From positions 1 through 34,306 of the forward strand of contig JYFJ02004150.1 in assembly GCA_000934665.2 (NCBI GenBank): DNA of 34,306 bases, in the 5' to 3' direction. The notes under the pieces are model-generated. The model was not told where the DNA came from. It did not search any database and worked only from the letters and a program-made list of their open reading frames with translations. The position numbers and the translations under genes are program-made. Origin of the DNA: Catajapyx aquilonaris. Its lineage: Eukaryota. Position 1 is the stretch's first letter. The number at the start of each line of letters is the position of its first letter. Below are positions 11,946 to 24,269 of this stretch, one piece after another.

Positions 11946-12888
11946 GGTGTGTGTCTCACTGGTACGTGGTGGTCCTGGTCTGACCTGGTGGTCACTATAG
12001 ATGATGCAACTCTAATGAACGTGAAATTGCAATAGCTCCCATCGAAACTATGCCTCCCGCTGAAAGGAAAGTATAGCCCTGCAATAATATTGATCAGGGC
12101 ATCAGGCCATGAAAGACATACGCCTTGTCCTTGAGCACTTGTGGGAATACGTGTGAACGTGTTTGCGACATTCTTTGTTCATCATCCGTGGCTTAGGTGT
12201 GCGTGTACACTTCCCTCGCTTGCCCAACAAACAATTTCTGCGTTGTTCTGTTTCTTTCATTTGAAATATATTCTCTTTGTCTTTTCTCACCAATGAATGT
12301 GTCCGGTCGACATCGAATCGACACTGTACAATGTACACTGTACTATATACGTAGTGTATGTTTGCCTCAGCAAAGCGTTTTCTTAAGTGATCAGACCCCC
12401 CAAAAAAAAAAAAATCCCTGCATATCAATGAGTGGTATCATCAGTATTTAATTATCATGGTCAATATATATTTACGCTGCCTTCAATATTCAGTTCTGCA
12501 TATTTCCGCTATGAGGCTATCCGAGAGGGTTTGTGCAGTGTATTTCTAACAAGAAACAAAAGTGACATACAAAAGGTTTATTGACCAGCATGTGACCGTA
12601 ATCGTCTCTGATTCAGATCAATGCCACACATTTGTCTCGAACAAGCTTTGCCCCAACTGCCATGAGACACACCGAAGCAAGCGCAGAAATTGTTGCATTA
12701 TTAGTAGACAATTTCTGCAAAACTACAAGGAAATGATGTGCGTGTCTTGTTGTGGTCTCATGGTTACAGCTTTATGATCAGCAGCTTTATCACTGATCAT
12801 TTTATTACCGTCATAAAACAGTAACAGTGCATAGTCAGCATAATATTAAGATTAGCCGAACTAATATTATTCTTGAATTTCTGATGCA

Positions 12889-12990
12889 GACTGTACTGTA
12901 CGGGGGTAAGCTACGTTGTTGAATAATGCACACATGGTAGGACATGTGTGCATTATTCAACAACGTAGCTTACCCCCGTACAGTACAGTC
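12889..12990. repeat. Perfect inverted repeat: 48-bp stem, 6-nt loop
   Basis: 12889-12936 is the exact reverse complement of 12943-12990; loop GTAGGA. Confidence 0.97.
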
Positions 12991-13498
12991 AAGTGTATGC
13001 AGCTGCATTATCTGGATAAGTGACGCTCTTATTGCCTTGCAGATTTGACACGCTGTATTTAATCCCAGATGGTCCTGCCAGTACGCCTCGCATAATATTC
13101 CAAAAGGGGCAACAACACACTGCTGGAAGACTACGATCAACATTCATGAGCACCCTCTGCAATTTGGCAGTGCATTCGTTCAACTTTCCCGCTTTCCCTC
13201 CATCGTAGCTAATACTCCTCCTGAAATGGCTATCCAAAAAAGGTAGCCGCTTTATTCCTTCTAACCCTCTACAGCAGCTGTGCTGCATCCGACCGGCTTC
13301 CCACCAGTTGCCATCTTGGAAAATTCCAACTCTCTTCCGAAGCTCATCATCCGAATCCGAAGGAGGTCTTTCTTCTTCTTCACTATAATAGGCAGCCGGG
13401 TTGTTGGGGGGTTAAGGTGCGTTGGAAAGGAGCCACGGACAGCCTGAAGGAAGAGAGCCCACAGCAACCAAGTAGTATAAACCAACAAGGGAGCACAG

Positions 13499-16400
13499 AT
13501 GTCTGGCATCTCGAGCACGTCCAGATGGATCCGGTTCTTCAAGGAGGCTGGGATCCCCGCAGGGGTGGCGGCCAACTACGCGGTCCTCTTCTCGGACAAC
13601 AGGATCCAGCCGGGGATGCTGATAGACCTCAACAAGGAGTACCTGAGGGACATGGGCATCACCGTCATGGGGGACATCATCGCCATACTCAAGCACGCAA
13701 AGGCCGTGCACGTCATGCAGGAGAGGGAGAGGGCCCTGGCCTCCGGTGGGGGGCTGCACGTCGCTGCCGCCCCGGCCTCTCCCGCCACTCCCACTCCCAC
13801 AGCCTCTCCTAGCAGCGGGAGCGGACGTGCAGACAGGAGCGAGCTAGTTGAGATGCTGGAAGAAGAGGAGGAGGAGTCGCGTCCAAAGCCCAGGCCGGTG
13901 CTGGCTCAGGCCACTAAGAAGCTGGTCGCAAGGCGGACCATCTCCAGCAGCTTAGCCTCCAGGTAGCTTCGTTATGCCCATCTGCCCAAGTCATACCCAG
14001 TCGCAGCTGACTTGAGGTGCTCAGCATTATTGTCCAGGCTAATGCTGCTTGTTCATAGCTCTGGGCATCCCCCCCGCAACTCCCTCTCTTTTAACGTGCG
14101 CTTAACATGTCCGCTATCCCAGGATGTGGAGCCCTGTACCAAATCACATTCGGGTGGCTGGTGCTGTTGGATCGGCAAACTGGAACTGTAACGCTTTAGG
14201 TAAGTCCAGTATGGTTCAGAAGCTTTCCCCCCAAAGGCAATTTGGTACAGTGAGCTACATCCGGAGAGGACTCGCTAAGCGCACAGCCTTCCCCATATGG
14301 CTATAGATAGGGAGTTGCCGGGGGCTAGTTCTGGGTGTAGGTGCCACATCTGAATTCTGAACTTTCTGCTGCGGTCAGCCTCTCGAATTGATTGCTAATG
14401 GCCTTGGCTGGCACGCACTGTTGCTTTTCGGATTAACAGGAGTAATCTCTCCATTCCTGACATTTTCATGGAATTACTGGCTGGTAGTGCATACCAAAAC
14501 ATGGATTACCACAGCTTACATCCTTTGCTTTTGTTACCACTGTTATGGGCAGTTGCATGAATTCTTGGGAAGCTTCTTAAATGAATGGCTTCCATGTGAG
14601 ACACTCATCAATTGTTGAAACATATCCTCAGCAGTAAGGAGAAAGGAGGGAATGTGCCATTTTATAAATTTTACAGGAGAGGCAAAAATAACTTGAAAGT
14701 ACGAGGGCCAGTTAAAATAAATTGAGACTTTTTTTTTTATGTGACAAGGAGAATTAGTTCATGACTCGCAGTGAATGGGCATAGTGTCCAGAATGGATTG
14801 AAGTATTTAAACACCAGTCTTTTTTCGCATATTACAAGATCACGGGATGGTGACACTGGAAGTAATAGCATATTCGGAAAGTAAGGTACGTTATTTATTA
14901 GAAAAACCACAATGAGCCCCCAAAAATTTTATTTACACATCTGAAATCGACAACTGTCTACTTTTTTTTTTCAAAATAGTTTCCAAATAAATCGAGGCAT
15001 TTTTAATGGAGTTACACAAGATTTTGTATGCCTATGTCATAGAGGTCTGCCGCCAGCCATTTCTGCGATCCCTGAACACTGGATTTCAACTCCTCGTCAT
15101 GGTCAACCTTCTGCTTTGCAAGCCATTTCTTCACGTCCATGGGCAGGTGGTAATCGCTAGGCTCTAAATCCCTGAAGATCGAACAATTCTCACTTGAATT
15201 GTTGCGGTTGGGTTCCAGTAAGAAAGGCAGGAGCAGGCGTGCATTGTCGCACAAGAAAAACACCAGGAACGAAACATGCTGCTATGCAATAATTCACGTG
15301 CGAATTGTTCGATCTTCAGGGATTTAGAGCCTAGCTATAAGAAATAGCTTGCAAAGCAGAAGGTTGAGTTGCAATCCAGTGTTCAAGGATCGCGCAAATT
15401 TAATGGCTGGCGGCAGACCTTTATGACATAGGCATACAAAATCTTGTGTAACTCAATGAAAAATGCCTTGATTTGTTTGGAAACTATTTTGGAAAAAAAA
15501 GTAGACGGTTGTCGATTTCAGATGTGCAAATGAAATTTCTGGGTGTGCATTGTGGTTTTTCTAATAAATAAACGGATCTTGCTTTCCGGATATGCTAATA
15601 TACAGAGTTAGGTTCACATTTGCCTCTGCTTCGCCCTTTCTCCATTCTCCTTATTCCCGACGATTTTGCCAAGTACTTTTTTTGCATTGTTGATCAGTCG
15701 AAAGCACCAATGAAAACATTGGCAGCGCCTGCATTTATGTACAGAATATCATTAGTCATTTACACAGTGTCTTACCTTTGCACAGATTGGGACGGACCCC
15801 TGTTGGCAAGGTCCAGGCCCAGACGCCCCTGGTCAAGAGAGTTGCCCCAGCTCCGCAGCCAACTATGGCACAGGTCGGGGTGAGGCGGAAGGTTGTCAAG
15901 CCCCCAGTTGCGCAACGGGCACAGAAGGAGGAAGTTCCTGTGCCAAAAGTCAGGCGAGTCCTGCCTGAGCATGAAGGAGGTTACAAGGTAAATCACACTT
16001 GTTTATAAAGTAAATGCTGATCTCTCAGAAGTCAAACAAGGATATTATGATTGTGTTTATGCCTAAACATCATTGCACAAAATCTTACCCGAAGTTGTGT
16101 GTCAATGCAATGCATTTAGAGTGTTCGAAACTGTTCATACCATTGTCCCTTCACAGGTAATTATGCCATCAGGAACCGTGGCCAAGACACGGCGCATATT
16201 GGGATCTGGTGACAAGGGTCGAGGCTCTGTGTTTGAACGGCTGGGAGATGGGAAGGTCAGCAGCACTACTGAAGGGGGAGGGGTTGGAACTGCGGGTAGA
16301 GAAGGAAGTGCCACCATCACCATCACGGGGTTGGGTACTAACATAGTCAAAAATGCAGCTGCATCTTCTATCACATCTGCACTTGGAAAGTCAGTTTTTC

Positions 16401-17150
16401 AGAGACTTGGCGGCAAGAGCCAAGTGACCTCAACCACATCTGCTGCCAGCAAACTAGTTAAAGAAGAGTCATACAGCGAGTATGATGATGACGTACTTGA
16501 TTGTGGAGGATACGACAATGAATTTGAAGATGACGATGACAACGTCCAAGTCGTAGTGTCAGTGCCGTTCTCAGGGACCAAGAAAAAAGTAACCTGATTA
16601 TACATTTCATATTCTTTCATGTTTTAAGTTATTGAATGATAGTGCAGTAGGTACCCATTTGAATGTGGCGTGAAGTTTGCATGTTGGCCACAAAAGATAG
16701 GCAAATCAAATGAGAGCTTGACGTCAGTTTCATATTCCTGTGGTATTGGCATTGAAATCCAACTAACATGTTCTCATTATAAAACCACAGGTTTTATCTA
16801 CAAAGGTATTGGGCGACACCCTCCACTCAGACACACTGACTTCTGCACGACAGAGCGTTCAGAAGCGACTGGGCATGAAGCAGCAGCAGCAGCAGCTATC
16901 TTCTAGGTCAATGATAGTGGTCAAGTCGCCCAGAAAAAGTGGGCTTACAACTACTGTGAAGGGGACTCAAGGCATATTTGCTGCTCCCCAAAATAGGGCC
17001 AAACTGAGCGTGAAGGAGAGGCTGGGAGGTGGATCGTCGTCACGGGTCTCCTCCTCTATACGGACAGCCAGCAAGATCACCGCAGTGGGCATCTCAGGGG
17101 TCAAGAGGAGGGTCGGAATTGCAGCCAGGATTGGAAGCGGCACTCTCTGA
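13499..17150 (+). CDS. C19orf47: C19orf47-like protein (N-terminal SAM-like domain); exons ~13499-13962, 15786-15987, 16157-16588, 16791-17150
   Basis: [59 protein letters not shown] and the spliced [22 protein letters not shown] and SVFERLG motifs are typical of the family; GT-AG junctions are phase-consistent. Confidence 0.88.
14070..14324. mobile_element. Candidate small MITE in intron 1 of the C19orf47-like gene
   Basis: Imperfect terminal inverted repeats ccccccgcaactccct (14070-14085) and agggagttgccggggg (14309-14324); no target duplication established. Confidence 0.4.
14863..15600. mobile_element. Foldback mariner-derived element (inverted arms ~14863-15205 and ~15286-15600) in intron 1 of the C19orf47-like gene
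   Basis: Arms are reverse complements with indels. The minus strand reads FFLCDNARL...[16 protein letters not shown]...EELKSSV...[10 protein letters not shown], matching the mariner motifs HDNARPH, YSPDLAPSDYHLF and FY..GI..LV. Confidence 0.88.
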
Positions 17151-17974
17151 AGCAATATTAATGAATGGCCATAGATCCATTCAGCCAAACAGGTATACTC
17201 AAGGGACAATAATTACACAATTGATCTAGATTCAGCTGAAGAAATTGCAAGGGATTCGGACATCTGGAAAAATTTAGATTTGTAACGAAAATAATGCCAC
17301 ATAGCGGAGAAGTGTAATGTAATTGACCTGCATGCAGTTTTTGAAGAAATGCACTGATTGTTCTTTTCTTTTTTTGCAGGAATCCACAATCACCTAAGTT
17401 ATCTTTTTATTTTGAAATAATTTTCCTGTGTGCAGGAAAATTATATATATAAAAAGAAGACTTTTTCTAACTGTAGATAAAGCTTTTTTTGTGTTGTTAA
17501 CAGGAGTATATTTGGATAGTTTTGAACAGTTTTCCAGCATGTATTTTGATTTATACTCCCAAGGGATGTGGCTTACGCCCCTAACACAATAATCCGTGGA
17601 AATAAAAAAATGGTATTTTATTTCCTTCATGAAGAATAATTGCTGTACTCAATTATTACTTGGAAGTCGTTATTTTCCAGGCTGTTCATGACCCAACTGC
17701 TGCATTACAACAGCTGAAAAATGGCTGCGTTTTGAAATTGCCCGCCGAAATGACAGTCGACTGACCTGCCATCTGGCCCACAGTGCTCTTAACTAACCCG
17801 ATCACTCAATACCGGATCATGTTATAAGATCATCTTCAGCCATATAAAATTCCATTCCAGCCACACAGGCTGTCAAACCACTTATTTTGTCTGTCCTCTC
17901 CTCTTCTTCCTTTTCCCCATTGTTGCCTTTGGGTTGGGACCGTGGTTGGGACACTTTGTGGGGGGGCTGGAGGA

Positions 17975-20900
17975 ATGGACAGCAAACCAGTGGTCACCTG
18001 TGAGTATGTCAAAAACATGTTCCGCATCGACATGTCTTGTGATTTCCTTTGCATCAGACGCAGGAGATGCGACCCTGTTCCAAACCCTGGAGCCCAGCCT
18101 GTCCCAGGGTCTCCCTCAGGAGCCCATGGAGTGGAGGAGGTCCTTCGGGAGGGCTGTCAAGTCCGTTCACATCGAAGCCGCATTCGTGGTCTTCCAGGAG
18201 TCCGTCCTGCCCAAGGAGGACGAGCAGCAAAAGTACTTGTTGGGACAGCCAGTCTTTCACACCTTCTGGACCGACTGCACCGTACGTAATCCAGTCCAAG
18301 TGACGTATCGCTATGTAACGTACATATCGCATGTAGGATGTGGAGGTGTACAAGTCGAGCGTGCGGGATTCAATCCACTGCTGGTTGACCAAGCTCCGTC
18401 AGCATGAAGTGTACGACTGGATGGTGGTGCTAGTGGAAACGCCGGACGGACGGAAAGGGAACAAGCTTCTCCCGAGGACCACCGTTTTGGATAAGATCAG
18501 AAGCGATTTTGCTGCAAAACAAGGCGAAAGGTACGCCGTCTCTCGTTTGCCTCACCTGCATTACAAGATGCTCCCATTTCTAGATGCATCTCGGTATTGG
18601 ATCCCGGAAAGTGCGACTCACGTTCTAATGAGTCGTGGCAGACGTTGCTGTACCGTTTCCGCCAGCTGCTACTGGTGGCGTATAACCGCACTCTAGGTCG
18701 CTTCGAGGATGGAATGCGCTCTCAGAGGGAGAGGCGGAATGAGGCTGGATGGAGCTTCTGCGAGTACTTTGTAGTCCAGGAGGAGCTGGCTTTTGTTTAC
18801 GAGATGCTGGGCCTGTACGACGAGGCGTTGGTCCAGTACGACGAACTGGATGCGCTCTTCACGCAGTTCGTGCTCAATTCAAACATCGGGGAGTCTCCAC
18901 CGTGGTTGGCGTCTTTTCAGCGACCTCTTGAGCATTGGTCGGGATTGTTGCTGAGTCAGCATGTGGACCGCAGGCAGAGGGAGCTCATTCGCACCAACAA
19001 TGCTTCCTTGCTGGACTTCAGGAACTACTTGTTTGGACGGCAGTGTGCAATGCTGCTACTCCTGTTCAGGCCGTGGGAGGTTGGTGTGATCCTTAGTAAC
19101 ATTTTATAGAAAAGGAACGGCTAACCGGTTTGTTGTGTTACAGATTGCCCAACGTTCACTGGTGTTCCTTCACAACTGCCTGAACGAACTCCGCATACTT
19201 GAAGTGCAGTGTGAGCCTGACGGAGCTGTCGCCTGCTGGGTATTTCTCTCGTGCGTTGAGGTCCTCCGAACATGTGAGAGATTCAATGACAGCGGACAGG
19301 TTGAAGCATATTCGCTTTACACGGCCGACTTGTGGGCATATGCTCGACAAAAACTAGCGCAATTGGGTGACCTGTGTGGACTCATGCCGTGGGTCTCGAC
19401 ATCATCGTTACATTTGCATACAGTAGTTGGATTGAGTGCAGGGATTCTCGACCCGGCTGAACCCCCAGGTTCGCCCAGGGGCAGGGCAGGGGCCAACCAG
19501 CAGTCGGCTGTGGATCGTCTGAAGGAGGCGTTGTCTTCCAAGGAAGCTTTTAGGAAGCACTACCTGGAGCTGTCCGAACTGGCAATGGGCACATATAAGC
19601 ACATAGGCCGCCTGAGGTCTGCCCGTCTGATTGGGAAGGACCTGGCCGAGTTTTACCTCCAGACTGGTGAGGCTGTGACGGCAGCTGGGTTTCTGAGTGA
19701 CGCCTTGCAAGCCTACAAGGAGCAGGGCTGGGCCGCACTCGAACACAGGACGGCAGTGCAGCTGGCCAGGTGCTACCAGATTATGGGCGACCAGGACAAG
19801 TATGTTTGCAGCATTCGTTTAGTCTATGTATGTTTTACTGACAATGTCTGGTTCCTCATGCAGGTACATAAAAGTGTGCGCACAGGTTGCAAGTGCCCCT
19901 GATCTTCCTGACGAGGCGCGTCACCATCATTTTGACGAGATGATGGTCACCCTCAAGGGACTCCCAGAAGGTACTGGATGACTTTTGTTTACTGGTGGCT
20001 ACATCACAGTTGACAAATTGACGACAGTTGCACGTATAGTTTTTCATCAAATTATGTTCGTTCATTCATTCATCACATCACAACATTTCTCTAGAAGTTG
20101 TAAGCGATGATGATGGAGTCTTTGTATGGAATAATATTTCAGACGAGCAAGTTCTGGTGGCAGCGGAAGACATGTTTGATGTTGCCTCATTGACAACAGT
20201 CACCAAGGGCAAGGTCATTGGCGATTGTTGCGATGTAGAGATCCAGGTGCAGGTCTACAGTCGCCTGCTGAAAGCTGTCCTCTGTGACGTAGTGCAGGTC
20301 ATCATTCATCAGGTTCAAGAGGTAAGGACATGATAGTTGCGTCAAGACATGTACGTATTTAAACAAGGCATCTCAATCTTGAATCAACAGCCATCTTCGC
20401 AGACTCCTTCCCGCCACTCCAAGGGTCGTGACAGAGGCGACTCGGAGAAGAAGAGCAGCCAGCGCCGCAAGTCTGTCCCCCCTTCAGCCGCGGACAAGTC
20501 GCAAAACCCGCCTTTGGAACCCTGTGAGGTTGACGCATGCTCCGACCCAACCATAATCATGAAGGAGGAGTTTGAGTATCAGCAGGACCGCAGCCTGAGC
20601 CTGGTGAAGCTCACGTGTATCAACCCAAACAAAGTCCTGCTGCGGAGGAAGGACAGCACATCCAGCTCACAACAATCGGCCAACAACAAGTTCCGACCTG
20701 ACCTGCCCCAGGTGGTCAAACGGGAAGGGGAGATGTGCCCGGGGGCATCCCAAGTGGTCCTTGCTCCTGGACTGAACAAGGTGTCACTCCAAGCGAAGGT
20801 GACTCAACCTGGATTGTACAGGCCGGGGCAGGTGGCTCTGAGGCTCGGAAGCAAGCTGGAGGCCGTGACCAGATGCGGAGTGGGATGCCCAAGCGGAGGG

Positions 20901-22365
20901 TCGTTCAGGGTGGAGTTTGAGCCCACAAGGGTGATGCTGACCCAGCCCGAGGGCAGCCCTGGGGAGCTGCTGGCTGGAGTTTGCCAGCAGCTGGTGCTGG
21001 AGATAAGAACTGGAAGCAGAGGAGTGGGCGGATGGGATAAGCCCAATTCGCAAGGTGAAAAGCTGCAAGAAAAATCGCAGAGTAAATATGTGGACAATGG
21101 TGAGCTGGTCTTGAAGTCTTCACGAGGCATGACCCTTCGTGAAAACATGTCTGATCCTAACCCACCTGGCCTGGCCTCCGAGCTCCGCCTTCACCTCCCG
21201 CCAACCCCACCGTTTGATTCCCTCCGCATTCCCCTTGACGTCGACACCAACCTTCCTCCGAGGAAAGACTGCAGCGTCATGGAGCACAGGGTGAGTTACA
21301 TGCAACATTTTCCACACGCTTGATAAATAAATCATGTGTTTGTGCACATCAGGTGACAATTCAGTGTCCGTGGAGCAGCGAGGAGAAGGATGTTGCTGTA
21401 TTCTTCGCTCCACCGCTGATGACCTCCCATAAGCTGCACACAGCCAACACCCGCAAGTTCCTCCAGGTCACAGTCCATGGCCTAAGTTCCAGACTATTTG
21501 AGCTGTCCAGTCACAAGCTGGTGGCCATGAATCAGGACGTCAAACTCACCGCCTTGAACCCAGCCGAGCAAATCATAGTAAGTAATTCAACTGAAAACAT
21601 GCTGAAAGGAATTATGAGGATTATTGTACGTTTGACAGAACGTGTCCACGAATCTGACTGCCTCGTACATGTGGGAAGTGGATGTTGAGAGTGCAAGCGA
21701 TCGCTCCCCGCTTCGCTTGGAGTACCGCCTGGATTACCGCCCACTTCTTCCGCCACCATCCGACCCTGCTCAATCTGCCCCACCTTGGAAGCAGTACCGC
21801 TGCACCATTGAGCTGAATGACTTCAAGACCCTGTACACGATCCGGTCGAGGGTTGATCCCCCAAAGGGATGCGAGTTCTGCAGAGCCGAGTCCATGTGCA
21901 GTATGCAGATATGCATGGTGCAGGAGGCAGAACCGACCGGTCAATCAGGAGGCACACACTCTCTGATGTACGAGGTTCGTGCGGACAAGAGCATGTGGGC
22001 CGTATGTGGAAATGTGGCAGGAGTCATCTCGGTGGACAGCATGGCCTCCAAGAAGCTCAACATCTCCCTGGACGTCATGCCCTTGATTGGCGGATTCCTT
22101 CCGCTTCCATCAGTCTGCTTATCGAAATACATTCCTGCTGAACAGAAAGGTGAGATTAGCTCGGTTGTGCCAGACGGCTGATATTATCACAGGTTGCGTT
22201 TCAGATGCACTGCACAAATCTGGTGAGAGCGGATCCGTATCACGCCTACAGCCGTTTGGATTGGCGCAAGTGTACAACTGGAGCCGAGGACAACAGGTGC
22301 TGGTTCTGCCTGCCGCCACAGGAGCTGCGAGTTCCGTTGGTGCTGACACGGCTGGTTCAGGGTGA
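17975..22365 (+). CDS. TRAPPC10: Trafficking protein particle complex subunit 10 (TRAPPII); ~11 exons
   Basis: Spliced MDSKPVVT|YAGDATLF; LPQEPMEWRRSFGR; NKLLPRTTVLDKIRSDF; WSFCEYFVVQEELAFVYEMLGLYDEALVQYDELDALFTQF; YLELSELAMGTYKHIGRLRSAR; C-terminal LDVMPLIGGFLPLP and QVYNWSRGQQVLVLP. Confidence 0.95.
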
Positions 22366-22780
22366 AATTTATCCTTCAAGACGAGCATTACTCATGTAGA
22401 TAGTTCTGTTATGTTATCTGATGCAGATGTGTCACAAAGTGTTTATCTGCTTGTAACAATTAAATTATCCCAAGCAATTTGCGTAATCATTAGTGCAATG
22501 TGTGCTTTTCCCTAGGTGGTTAGTATTCTGGAAATCCCACCGAGACAAATTCAGAGAGCCTTGAATACGCATGGAAAAACTGCGGAATTTGAGGACTGTC
22601 ATTTATTCTTTAAATTAGAAAATATGGTTGAGATCTCTTTTAAACAGGATCACTCTTGAAAAATGGAACGAGTGGTCTAATCTCAACAGACGTTTTACAA
22701 ATATGCCGCTTTGCAATAAATACACCTGCCATCTTAACAGTGCAATAAATATAATTACGGGAGTTTCATACTTGGTGTGT

Positions 22781-23607
22781 TTAGGGGTTCTTTATATTCA
22801 TTTCGTATATGACTTGAATCTTGGTCGTGATTGTCTTCCGCTTGGCGTGGAATGCGAACACCTTGAACTGCGCCTGTGCTTCGTACTCCAAGGACTGGTT
22901 TCGAACCTCGCTGTGGGCTTGCATCAGAATCACAGAGCCCAGCTCCATGTTGGACGAACCAGAAACCATTTCCTCGGCCTGATGATACGCATCCTCTTTC
23001 GCCAACTTCAGAGTTGTCAGGCTAAGGGATGAACAGTACCGGGATGAACAAGTTGCGTTATTATAAACAGAAGGTGTTACACCAACCGTGCGTTTCCCAT
23101 CTGTTTCGTAGAGTTTGAAAAGATGGGTTCGCTGACAGTCGCAACTGAGCTGAACTTCTCCACAACAGTGACCAGCATTGTTTCGTATTTGGCCAAATTG
23201 CTGCATATCATCAGCATCTCCGCAGACATGTGGAAGGCGGTTCCGTCCTTCTTCAGGGACTTGTGCACAGTCACATTCTACCAAACGAAAGGTCAGTTAA
23301 GACACGTACGTAGGATGCGTAATTAAGGAAATCTCACGTTAATGTGCATTGACTTCGCCAGTTCCTGCAGGTAATGAACCCGCTTGTTGACGGAGGCATT
23401 GGCTTCTTCATGCGACTCCTTTGAGCTGTCAACCCGTATGACAAACTCAACGGTGTCCGGCTCCAGAACCATCTCTCCAATCCCAATCACCTTAAGGATG
23501 CGTGGCGGACTTGGCTGCTTGGGCTGCGGCTTGGACCAGTCTGACCCAACACCCCAGGGGCCCGTGACATCCACATCATAAATGCTGCCTCCCAACCGGT
23601 CCATCAT
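22781..23607 (-). CDS. IRAK1BP1: IRAK1-binding protein 1 / SIMPL-domain protein; exons ~23607-23338, 23277-23087, 23021-22781
   Basis: LKVIGIGEMVLEPDTVEFVIRVDSSKESHEEANASVNKRVHYL; LVEK-like VVEKFSSVATVSEP; AKEDAYHQAEEM; terminal AQFKVFAFH; junctions are in phase. Start Met is inferred and preceded by a splice-acceptor-like CTGCAG. Confidence 0.8.
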
Positions 23608-23828
23608 CTGCAGTGCCAACAATACCATTAAAATATAATGTAACCTCAATCCGTCCGTGCCCCCACACTTATTTTCAACTGCACTTATTGGAAGTACATA
23701 AGTTGTTTAATCTAGTTTAATCTAATAAAGGCAACTCAGCCGCATTAAAAGTGGCTTAAAACCATGTTAAATTTAAGTCCAAACCTGCAGATATGTTAAC
23801 CAGAATTTGTTTTGAATTAATGAGCCGG

Positions 23829-24036
23829 CGCCATGTTGGACCAATCAATGTTGCCAAGCGCACATTTTTTACTCCAATTTATTAATAAAAATTATACCTA
23901 ACAGAACCATTAACTATTAAAGTACATTAGCCGTCAGTTAGCCGTTACATTAATCTTATTTTAAGTCGTAGAATGTAGATGAATCGAACATGATTGATCT
24001 GGCAACATTGATGGGGGAAAAAAAAGCAAGATGGCG
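23829..24036. promoter_or_regulatory. Putative bidirectional promoter between IRAK1BP1-like and MMS22L with two outward-facing YY1/Pho-type motifs
   Basis: AACATGGCG on minus (23829-23837) and CAAGATGGCG on plus (24027-24036), flanking an AT-rich core; CCAAT at 23841. Confidence 0.5.
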
Positions 24037-24269
24037 TCGCTTTAACCGCGAACAATTTTTTTTCTTTCTTTGTGACACTTTGTGATTTGTTATCTTTCCC
24101 CAATTTCGGCCCAAATTGGCACCAAAATTGTGCTGTTCTATTCCTCGCACGACTTGGCAGCAGAACCAGCATCGCATTTGCATCATTGGTGGTGAAATCA
24201 GTCGAAACACTTGTCATGCCAACCGCATGCACAAAATAGAACATGTTGGCTTCCAAAGAAGACTGAAGG

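Noticed and set aside
13261..13800. Antisense ORFs over C19orf47-like exon 1, and similar shadow ORFs over TRAPPC10, MMS22L and the IR
   Set aside because: Expected shadows of GC-rich coding sequence with no independent motifs
22365..22781. Overlapping 3' UTRs of TRAPPC10 and IRAK1BP1-like
   Set aside because: An ATTAAA at 22459 could end TRAPPC10 before any overlap, so sequence alone does not support the claim
24031..24045. ATG in CAAGATGGCG as the MMS22L start codon
   Set aside because: In-frame TAA after four codons; the family-like N-terminus (SMTPPLSP) starts from the ATG at 24270
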